A DNA stretch of 64,000 bases, taken from the NCBI GenBank assembly GCA_964247055.1, contig OZ176050.1, positions 9,362,001 to 9,426,000 on the forward strand, in the 5' to 3' direction. The stretch is from Paragordius varius. Lineage: Eukaryota; Animalia; Nematomorpha. Below are positions 1 through 10,618 of the stretch, in pieces (position 1 is the first letter of the stretch; the number at the start of each line of letters is the position of its first letter). Under the pieces are notes generated by a model. It saw only the letters and a program-made list of their open reading frames with translations, was not told the DNA's origin and did no database searches. The position numbers were made by a program, and so were the translations under genes.

Positions 1-1126
1 ATTAGCATGGATTATTATTTATTTCCCTTGACTGTATTTAAAATTATAAGTTTATAAATGTCACAAAGGTAGGCTAATAAAACCCACCATTCGTCACTAT
101 TAATTTCCTCGTCAAACTTTCTGTTATCATTTATAAATAATATTTCATGTCTTAAAACAAAAAATCTATCATCTCACAGTGGTATAATATAATCAAACTC
201 ATTGTGGATATCTTTCAGAGGGTTTTTGAATTTACGGCGGTACAATCTCTGCCCCTGTGGTTTACTATATCCACAACCCTTTTAAATTACTGAGAATTGA
301 GTATTCATTTTTACACTCGAAACCAGGTTTTGCTTATAAATAAAGCAGTGAAATGATCAAATATTTTGCAAATTATATTTGTTTCTCAAAAGAGGAATAA
401 ATCCTTTGTTTCCAATCATAGAGGGACAGCCATCTGTGCAGATCGAAACCAATTTTTTCATAGATATACCATTATTATCGAAAAAAGTGCTAATTATTCG
501 AGAAAATCACTCTCTTTCGTGGTATTATATATTGGTAAAAATAAAAAATATTCCCCGTTGATAATGTTGTCGTTGCAAAATCTTAAAAGAGCGCACACTG
601 TGGAGCTGAACTAATATCAGTGCTCAATCAATAGCAATACTAAAATATTTGCAGTTTTTCAGAGCCAATAAAAATATTTAGATAATGCGTCGATCACATG
701 TTGAATCAGAAAGTTGAAGTATTTTATTTTGCCTCATGATTAGATCTTACTATGGAATTTATCAAATAAAAAAGTGCAACCATTTATTAGACATTCTTTT
801 ATTAGTTGACAGTAAACGGTTTCATATTTTTTCCTAAAATATAGCAAATTTCATACGAAGTTAATGTTACACTTGGGAGAAAGCTATGGACATAATAGTT
901 TTTTCTTCCTGGTATATTCCTTAATCTTTTATTCGTTTCCCTCATGATTTTCTGGTTTGTGAGAATGCTGGATTGTAAAATGTCTTTCAATATTGTATTT
1001 TAATTATTTTGTCCTTACATATGAGGCAGGTGACATTTTTATTTAAAACGACAAATTCTTGCCATTCTCTTTTTAAAAGGAGCGATTTTCATCGAATAAT
1101 TTACGTTTTTCAGCATTAGGTGTCAT
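1..1126 (-). pseudogene. Degenerate hAT (Buster/GTF2IRD2-like) transposase
   Basis: Hand translation across frameshifts and stops from ATG 1126 gives MTPNAEKRKLFDENRSF, VTCLICKDK, SYEICYILGKNMKPFT, FSIAID-STDISS, LVSICTDGCPSMIGNKGFI, FHCFIYKQNL and VVDIVNHRG. These match the BED finger, the catalytic Asp motifs and the CxxH region of this family. Confidence 0.85.
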
Positions 1127-1613
1127 CCTTTGAATTTATGTTTAAATATTGTGTAAATTTGTTTCAAAAAAATGGGAATATAATTTGATTTATGCAATAA
1201 AAAAACAGATTAAAATTTAATGATGTGATTTATATAAAATGATGCAGGATAGCAATGAAAAGAATAAGTGTATGCAAGTTTGGGTGAAAGGATTGCTTAA
1301 ATACAAAAAAGGAATGCAATAATTTTAAAATAGAAAAGAAAATAGAATGCAGAAACAAAAACAACGTGTTCCAAAATTTTGAAATCATTTTAATGTAGGG
1401 AAATTTTCCTACATTTCAAATTGGGTAAAAATGAAAATACCAAGTAAATCTAAATAAAATAAATTAATATTAAACTAAGCGAAAATCCGATTATGTGTAT
1501 TTTAATATTTCGTCAATAAAAAAAATAATTTAAGTATCAATATGGTCATAGGACAATTTTAAAGCACTCTTAGGGCCGCATGCGGCCCGCGGGCCGCGGT
1601 TTGAGTATCACTG
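1..1613 (-). mobile_element. hAT DNA transposon (Buster/Charlie/SPIN type), 5' end; runs off the left edge of the window
   Basis: The minus-strand terminus reads CAGTGATACTCAAACCGCGGCCCGCGGGCCGCATGCGGCCC (1613-1573), with the GGGCCGCATGCGGCCC subterminal palindrome typical of this group. The adjacent 8 bp GGTTATAC (1614-1621) has the nnnTAnnn form of Buster target sites. A decayed transposase follows downstream. Confidence 0.88.
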
Positions 1614-3718
1614 GGTTATACTGTTTACTTTTTTTTTTGGTTTTACATTTGAAATATAAATAAATAATGATAATGTAAATGATAAATATATATTATATAT
1701 ATAATATACAATAAATAATAATACAAAATAAAATGTTTTATTCAATATTTACAGAAAATGGACAGTTGGGAAAAAGATCAGGCTAGGCTGCTGAAGATTG
1801 TTGAGGAAATGAATAGTGGATCAAGCAACAGTTGACAGTGCTGAAAATAACAATTCGGATAGTGAAGATGATGAATCAACTACAGATGAGGAATATGAAG
1901 CACCAGAAGAACCAGAAAATGATGAGACATGGCATACCAATACAACATCTATAAGAAACTTTTCTTTTGATGCAGATGCCGCTGGGATTTTTTTGGATAT
2001 AGAAGAAAATGTTTCTCCAATTCAGGTTTTTGAAAAAATATGGGATGACCAAGTAATGGAAATGATTATAAAATCTACGAATGATTACGGCATAAAACTT
2101 TGCAATCAAGCACGGCCACATACAAGGCATAGTAGAAAGGCAAATTTCAAAAATACTGATATGATCGAAATGAGAAAGTTTTTAGGTTTGTGTTTGCTTC
2201 AGTCCCAGCTAAAATTCTCCAGCATTAGAAAACTCTTTTCCATTGATGCATTACATCACCACCCAGCATTTCCGTCACAAATGTCTGGAAGGAGGTTTGA
2301 GCAAATATTGAGGTGTTTTTGTGTTGAGGAAGAAAATTCAAACGACCCTTTGAGGAAAATAAAAATATTTCTTGATTTGCTCATCAAAAGTTTGCGAATG
2401 CATATGCACCAAATGAAGCATTATCATTAGATGAATCGTTGTTATTATTTCGAGGAAGGCTTTATTTTCGCACGTACATGAAAGGCAAAAAGGCAAAATA
2501 CGGAATTAAATTCTATGAACTTTGTTAAGCCCAAGGTTACGTTTTGAATATAGAAGTATACAAAGGCCATCGAGAAAACGATGAAAACATGACAACTATT
2601 GAAAGTCTTGTGATGCGATTGATGCAGTCATACTTAAACAAAGGCCATCATTTGTTCATGGAGAATTATTACAACAGTCTACCATTGTCTAACAAATTAC
2701 TTAGCAAAAAGACACATGTGACAGGAACTCTTCGTGTAAATAGGAAGGGTCTGCCACAAGAAATAACACGTCGTAAGCTTAGAAAAGGAGAACATGTATG
2801 GCGACGCCAAAATCAGACTTATGTGTCCAAATGGAAAGATAAACGGGATGTGCTATGTCTAACAACAGCTTACCACCCAAGCATGATAAACACAGCTAAC
2901 CGGCGACAACAGGAAAAGAGAAAACCAATTGAAATAGTGAATTATAATCAGAATATGTCAGGTGTAGACAGAGCAGATCAGATGATGTCCTATTATTCCT
3001 GTCCACGGAAAACAATTAGATGGTATAAAAAGGTAATCTTTCATCTACTGGATGTAGCAGTATGGAATTCTTTCTACATCTTTAAAGAAAAGACAGGTTC
3101 TCAAATGAAGTATATAGAGTACAGGGAAGCAATCATACGATCTCTAACTGGTATAGATAATAAACGGGATGGAAGAACTTTGGTTTAATTTAAACGTGCA
3201 CAAATCCAAACCAATGAAATCAACAACAATGGAACACAGCATTTTCCTGAGAAAATTTCACCTCCAGAAAATTATCAGCGAAAAACATATTTTCAGCGTT
3301 GTAAACAATGTTATAAACAGGGAATAAGGAAGGAAACATCATAATGCTGCAAGAATTGCATGTCAAAACCTGCACTGTGTCCTGCACCATGCTTTGAAAC
3401 ATGGCATACCGAAAATAATGTATAATAATTATAAAATTATAATAAATTTTTTTGTCATTTATTTATTTTTGTTTGATTAAGAACTAACATTTCGTGTAAA
3501 ACTCCGAAAAATACTTTGTTGCATACAAAAATTGCTATAGAATCCGCTGGCGCCATGACGGTTATAGCCGCAACCTAATTAAAGGTACTAATTTAATCAA
3601 AATTAAGTTTATTTAAGCAGAAAGAGTAAAACTATACTTCTAACATTCTAAAAATCACAAAAACATATAGTGTCAATTTTCGAACTTCGCTTGTTACTAC
3701 TGTCCGTCAACGTGTTAA
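1614..3718 (+). mobile_element. piggyBac transposon, right portion; left terminus not in the window
   Basis: Contains a piggyBac transposase and ends in ...CTGTCCGTCAACGTG followed by TTAA (3715-3718), a CAC/GTG-type terminus with the TTAA target. I found no matching TTAACACGTTGAC left end. Confidence 0.82.
1758..3425 (+). pseudogene. piggyBac (PGBD-like) transposase pseudogene
   Basis: Starts at ATG 1758 (MDSWEKDQARLLK), with frameshifts near 1815 and ~2395 and in-frame stops. Motifs are LSLDES, YGIKFYELC, HLFMENYYNS (second catalytic Asp is Glu here), MSGVDRADQ, RKTIRWYKK and a C-terminal Cys-rich domain (RCKQC...CCKNC...LCPAPCFETWH). Confidence 0.93.
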
Positions 3719-4329
3719 ATACCTATTTTTTAAAATAAATTTTAAAATTTTAAAATCTGGCCCCCCTTCAACTATGGCCCCCGGTAAGGCTCTGGTTATT
3801 GCGATTATAAATATTAACGCGCTAGATACAAGGACTTAGGCAGATCCAATTGCAATTTAGCAAGAGTAAAACTAATGCATCGATTCATATATTTGGTATT
3901 AGGGATTATAATTTTTTTTGGTGCGGTCCCCGGAAGTATTTATAAATCGCATCATCAAATCAAGAGAAAAAACCTTGCATAATAAAATATTTGAAATTAA
4001 TATACTTGCCCATAAATAGGAAAATTGATATTTAAAATATATTAGCCCTTTATGAACATATCTCTTATGATTTTAAATTTTGACTAAATAAACTTAAGTT
4101 CGAGGAATTTGTTTGGTTGTAGTTTTTCTTTATTAAAAATGAACATTGAAAAGGCAAATTTACAGATTAAAACATATTAGTATTTACAAAAATGTACAAT
4201 ATTTTTATCGCTTAATATTATTGCAAAATGTTGGACTATTTTACGACAAACATTTCAATGTGATGGCCCAGAGGTTCCACATTTTTATCAAAAAAGTTTA
4301 TTCTTTTTTTTATTATGCGCCTATTAATA

Positions 4330-7300
4330 ATGAAAACTTTTTTATCAATTTGGATAATTTTAATTTTAAAAGTTGTGTACTGTGATATATTCCATATAAC
4401 AATGCCGGGAATCGAAGCGAAAAAGGTATTGAGTAAATTTAATAGAAAATAAAATTATTTTTTAAACGAAATAAATTATAATTTAGCATGAGGATGCCTA
4501 TTACTGCACAAGTAAAAAATTACCGCTTCAACCATTGAATGGGAGCTTATGGAAAACTGCATATATAAGTATTTTTCTGCCCTAAATTAAATTTAGCCCA
4601 ATTTTCAGCGATAATAAATACAAGCTTGCCACATCACCTATTGGTTTATGGTTGTGCAAAACCGTATGTTTCCTATTCATACTGGTAACTTTTTTGATTT
4701 AATGAATTTTGTATTTTTCTGTCACAATATCATATCATAAAATTATTTTATATTACTTAAAGGTTTTCGATTAGTCAAAAGAGTAACGAGAGCTATCATT
4801 GGCCATTTCGGTATATTAATTGGCTAAAAGGGAATTTAATTTACATATCTGTTGGTATGTATTAGATTATTATCATAATTATTTAAATAAAATTATTGTT
4901 AACATGATATTTATAGTGTAGAGGCGCCACTGTATTTTCTCTCCACTTTTTCTTTAAAATATAACTAATATAAACTAAAAATCTATATGGCAACAGCCAT
5001 GCAAATTGAAGTCGTAGCCAATTAAAATACAAAAATAGCCATAATTGCTTTCTGTCATAATCGTTGGACTATTTATGAATACAGATAGTCATAGTTATAT
5101 CAAATTTACAGTTGCTTTATTCCGTATTACGTGGTCTACATTGTTCAAAAAATGTGAATTGGTTATTTTCATAAGCGGACACATTCACAAGTGCAATCGG
5201 ACCTAACCTTATATGTCCGTATAAGATGAAATGAACAGTTTTCTGCTTACAAAAGACTATTTAGTTAGCCTATAATCCAAATTCATTTTAATTGAATTCT
5301 AAACATAATATAAATCAAAAGGATTAGAAATTGTGACGTATATTATCACTATTATTAATATGATAGTAATCAGAGATAAGCGGCGTCTACGGTTAAATGA
5401 ATTTCATAATATATGAATTTGCACTCAGAAGCTAAAATCTACTATCAAATTTATCAATTCAATTATTCGGTCACATATAGAAGACGATGGAGAAAACTTA
5501 TATAAAATCGGAACATCAATTAATTAATTAACACCAAACTTAAACATACAAAATTATTATATACGGTGATCCGTAAATTGAAAAAATTGATAAAAATGTT
5601 CGGAAAATTGTTGATAAAGAATAATTAAAACAAATAATCAGCTACTCCAAAGATTTGGCTAAAATCTGAGCTAATTAATTACAGATTTGCACTATAATTT
5701 TCACTCATCAATAAGCAATATATTTTAAATCTTATTTCAATATAGGATTTCGTTTTATTATATTTTAGTTAAGTCATATATTGTAAAAATATTTACTAAC
5801 ATATAAATTTAGTTTGTTGTTTAGATATTCATTTTCATATAAGAACTTTGATAACGTACCATCCATACTTCCAAAATTTATCATAAAATAGGCGTTGTAG
5901 TCAAGTGTGCCGCGGACCTAAACAAATCTTATATGCTTGGGGCAAAAATTCTACACCTTTAATTTTTCCAAAAAGTATACCATTTACAATCAAATTCACC
6001 CTTGAACAATTCAAATTCACCCTAAAATAAATTGTGAAATTTCGGTCTAATACAACTCATCATTAAAATTAAATATATTTTTATGGCAACGTTTATTATT
6101 TTGACAGTATTATTTTGATACAAAATTTCTTTTTTTAAAAATATAAAAAAATATAGGTAATATTTAATCTAAAAAAACACATGATTTATTTCAGGGTGAA
6201 TTTGAACTGTAAATGGTATATATGATATATAGTTATGTTTATTTCCTTATTCACCTTATTGTAAATTATTAAATTTTGGATTAGATGTTGGTTGGAAGGT
6301 TGGTGCTTTCACACCGATCAAATTCCTTGTTCTGCAAATACATTATTTAGAATCTACGAAGCCAGGTTAATTCATTGAAAATCCTTCTTTTCATTTATTT
6401 TGTCCGCGATGACATCTTGTGGTAGTTTTATATACCAGAGCTCAATCTTGTAAATAAACCACTGTTTTAAAAGTCATTTCTGTTAAAATTTAATAATCAA
6501 ACATTGTTATCCTGTATTAGTTATGTAAGCTTATAGTTTTTACAATTTTATAAAGTGTCTAAAATTGGGACAGCTCCAAAATGCGATTAAAATAAACAGC
6601 TAATTTTAAAATCAATAAATATCAAGTTTTGCTGGTAAAAATGCATTCTGAAAGCTTACTAAATTAATTATTTACATTTTCTAACCATAATAAACATTTA
6701 TTTGCCTTTTCTATTAGTGATTTGGAAAGAAATATAGAAATGGCGGCAAAAAAGTTTGAGATGAGTGGTTTCTTACAATCCACTTTTTTTAAAAAAATAT
6801 GAACCATACGCCTTAGAAAGATATTTTTAAATTTTTAATACCTTAAATACCTTTTAAGATATTCACATTAAAAAGTCTTGAAGTGGTAAACAAATTTTTA
6901 CTATATAATTTTTAGTAATTTTTTATGGTTTACAGGAAATAAAGATTTTAGTGGTGTTGAAGTAAGTTACCAATTTACTCGAAGGTATGATGCAGGAATG
7001 TATGTGTTTTTTACCAATTCTCACACAATTCCACCAAAGAAAAATGGTTAAAATTTTTTGTTCGTTTTCCTATGTAGTACAAAAAAATACAAGTTTTAAT
7101 AAAATTTTGTATTTTAGCCTACCATATTGATTTGATGTGCCCATACAACGGACCCACATTGCATCCATTTGGGTTTAGAGTTCACGCGCACGCATATGGT
7201 AAAATTTTTAAATAGCTTCTAAAATTTAAAATAATGAGATTAATTTTTAATCCATATGTTCGTAATTTAGTAGATGTGCATTTATAAAATATAAAATAAC

Positions 7301-9194
7301 CAAGATTCGATTATATCAAGTGTCGGCAAACTTTTTGGGAATTGTCTTAGTATAACTTTCAAAATCCTTCTAAATCAAAAACGTGTATAAATGTTATTAA
7401 ATAAATTTAGAAAAAAATAATTTATACATGCTACAATGTTTTGAAAAAGTTTAAAATTTTTACACATTATACCTTTTGGGTAAGTTATTTATCCCAGCGA
7501 TCTTAAATATAAATATCAAAGTGATAGGTCAAATCAAGTAATCTGGGTGTCTAATAGCCCTATACACAGAAAAAGTTATTTTTATATAAGTAAAATTTTA
7601 ATAAAATCCATCTGAAACTTTTAGCCGCCAAATACTTCTATGGATTTTTTGTTATATCATTGAAACGAGGTAAAAGAAAATCAAGAGATAAATTACCTTG
7701 TTATAGGAATATATTTAAAGTGTCTGATATAAGAATAGTATTAGTTGAATAATAAATAGATAATTATCAACCATATATTTTTTTAATTTTGCATAGGTCG
7801 TGCAATTTCTGCATACGTTTTAAGACCTGGTAATGCAACTAATTTATTGAACTCAAAATCGATTTATCCGAAACGGACATTATTGGGAACTGCTAATCCT
7901 CAGTGGCCGCAATCCTTTTATCCAACGTCAAGAAATATTACGATTGAGGATGGTGACATATTGGTATGTAAATTAATATAACATGATCGATTATCTCAGT
8001 TTGTTAATAATTCCAATTAAAATAAACTGTAAAAATTATTTGATTTTATTACATTCTAGCCAAATTTATGATTTAAATTACGAGTTTTTAAGTGTGCGGC
8101 TTATTCTACAGATTTAGTATTATTGTTTCATATTTAATTTTAGTAGTATCTTTTCCAAGGGAAATATATTTTTTTATTGAATCAAACGTAATTGATTGAA
8201 AACCCATAATTAAATGTTTTCCAAGCATTTAAAAATAAAAAATTGGCCCATTTATATCTTTTATGGGCAAAAATCAATGTAAAACCGACCCGAATTTCGG
8301 AAATATAACCAGAATTATATAATAATTTTAAGTGTGGATGTAAAAACCACATAAGTAAACTTATACTAATTAGAAATGAAAATATTTGTAGAATATAATG
8401 CCTGTAAAATTATTTTAATAATATGCTCAACTGAGTAAAATTAGACAACAATCCCAAGTTTGATTACCGAAAAAATTAATAAAATTAAATAGCTAATCGA
8501 ATTATATGTTAATTATATATTATAACTAGTCTGCATGATACGCTTTAGGTTGCACGATGCACTTATGACACTAGCAAGATAAACCATTCCATCCAAATAG
8601 GGTATATATCTAAACATTTAAAGTTAACCCATAAAAATCACATAATGTTTCACAAATTATCTACGGTCAGCTTAAAAAGGCAGGTTCAGAAAGGAAAAAG
8701 GGTAATTTGGTAATTGATTTTATAATCACATATTGCGATAACTAAAATATTTAATTTATAAGAAAGATTTACAGTATTTTGGTATCTAACTAAATATGAA
8801 AAATATAAAACATAAATTTTATATATTTCCCACATAAATGCAAAACAAATGATAAAATTTAAATATATTTATTTTATTGCAATGGAGTTGAATCGATCCC
8901 GAACAACCATTTTTATAAAAGCGTTTAAATAGACATTTTTCTGACACAGTATAATTTATTGGAATCTTTTTACTATAAAATTGTGAAATTATTCATATAT
9001 ATATATATAATTAATTATATTTAAATACTCTAATATTTAGGAGCACACATCATGATGAAATGTGCAATTTTTATTTACTTTACTATGAAACCGTTTCCAG
9101 TAACAAGGCTCACAAGGGCTCCCAAAATTGTAAACAAGAAATAAGCACTTCAAATAATTCTATTAATTTACCCTTCAAAAGTTTTGGTGTCTAG
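4330..9194 (+). CDS. Phm: Peptidylglycine alpha-hydroxylating monooxygenase, monofunctional PHM, ~331 aa, 10 exons
   Basis: Exons 4330-4425, 4487-4568, 4597-4684, 5892-5974, 6285-6365, 6936-7046, 7118-7198, 7797-7963, 8549-8601, 9041-9194; all introns GT-AG, phases consistent, 996 nt. The product has a signal-peptide-like start (MKTFLSIWIILILKVVYC), then MPG..DAYYC, LPHHLLVYGC, ILYAWGKN, VLQIHY, FRVHAH, PQWPQSFYP and DEMCNFYLLYY. These supply the CuH (His,His,His) and CuM (His,His,Met) ligands. Confidence 0.93.
5978..6218. mobile_element. MITE, TACCATTTAC family, copy 1 (TA target), in PHM intron 4
   Basis: Inverted termini TACCATTTACAATCAAATTCACCCT and AGGGTGAATTTGAACTGTAAATGGTA, flanked by TA at 5976-5977 and 6219-6220. 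Related copies lie at 57542 and 60058. Confidence 0.85.
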
Positions 9195-10618
9195 AAGTTT
9201 TTTATAAATAAATATGTAATAAAATAACCAATAAAATAACCGAAGCTATGGACTTGTAAAACGTGCACATATATGAATCATAGTGCTTCAAATTTTTGGC
9301 TCCCTCTCTCCAAATTTTGGTAGACCTAAATAAATAGATATGCGATTATTTTTCAATGCAAAAATTTGATCAAAGTCATATAAGAGATATTAAAATGCCC
9401 TAAATTAATTATTGATTGGTTGTTAGATGATACATCACTCCTTAAATTTTATTATGTTTTCAATAATATGAGTAATTATTTGGTGTATTGATAAACGACC
9501 GTTATCGATTTTGTGAAACATAATATAAATAAATATGAGGCAAAATGTTCAAAAATATAATATAGTTTTACTTAAACTTTTGCATATGATCAAATTTTAA
9601 TTATTTAAGATAATGTTTTATTCATGTAAATGTTCTCACTCAAAAATATAACCATTTAATTAAAATAAGATTTGACACGGTATCAATGTAAGTTAAGTTC
9701 AGTTTTGCCCTACTACGTTTAAAAGTAATGGTTGAAAAAAAACCTAATTTTAAGCATGATTTCAAAAAACGGAGAGGCTTATACAGTTTCAATAATGGAT
9801 TTAATTATTTTTGCGATGCGTCGAATGTGACTAAGAGTTTTTTTCAATTAGCCCCTCATTTCGGCCCAATTCTTAAAATAAGGTCTTCGATTAATTATTA
9901 GCTTTCGATAAATTTTCCACAAGTGGAATCCACAAAAGGATAGGTAAACAATTATCGCTTTCAATTATTTGTTAAAAGCCATTTTTGTGCAGCTCGTTCA
10001 CCCGCCCTCCCCCAATGGAATTATTGATCAAATATTGGTTTTAACAATTTTCTGAAAACGTGTAGACCGATTAAAAATAATATATTTCTTTGTTTAAAAA
10101 TTTGGCTAAAAAGCTTTTTAATACTTGAATTATGTTCACATGCCCTTCAATACGAATTTGGGGTCGTTGATGACACCAGGCCTTACAAAATAAAATATAA
10201 AATATGGAATGTATATTGATTTGATTACAAAAGTGGGCACATTTATAACATAATACCAAAATAATTCAAAAGGAATTGTTAATTAATTATATGCGTTATC
10301 ATAAAAAAAAATTGGACAGCGCTTGAGTGAGTGAGTCAAAATAAAAAATATTGTTATTTAACTGTTTTTTGTCTGCTAAATGTAATCAATAAAATTTTAC
10401 AATAATTTTTAGTAATAGAAAGTACCCGATATTTTCAAAAAAATATTGAAATAAATAAGCATCGAAAAAGTTTGATATTGAACTTTTTTCCACAATCTCT
10501 ATCTAAATATTTTAGCTCATTTAAATTATTTTTATTGTAGTAGAAATATAAATTTAAATTGTGACTGCCCACTTCAATTGTTTTTTTAAATAGTATCAAT
10601 TTAAAGTCGGGGTATCAG

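Noticed and set aside
1876-2130. ORF-track minus-strand ORF, and likewise 3220-3402, 32043-32249, 37128-37340, 39196-39504, 40678-40866, 44842-45120, 46647-46847 and 49378-49653
   Set aside because: Antisense shadows of real exons or of the piggyBac transposase, with no independent motifs.
9930-10030. Minus-strand peptide PLGRAGERAAQKWLL resembling the start of PD-(D/E)xK nuclease domains
   Set aside because: Only about 15 residues, bounded by stops, with no downstream catalytic motif; compatible with chance.
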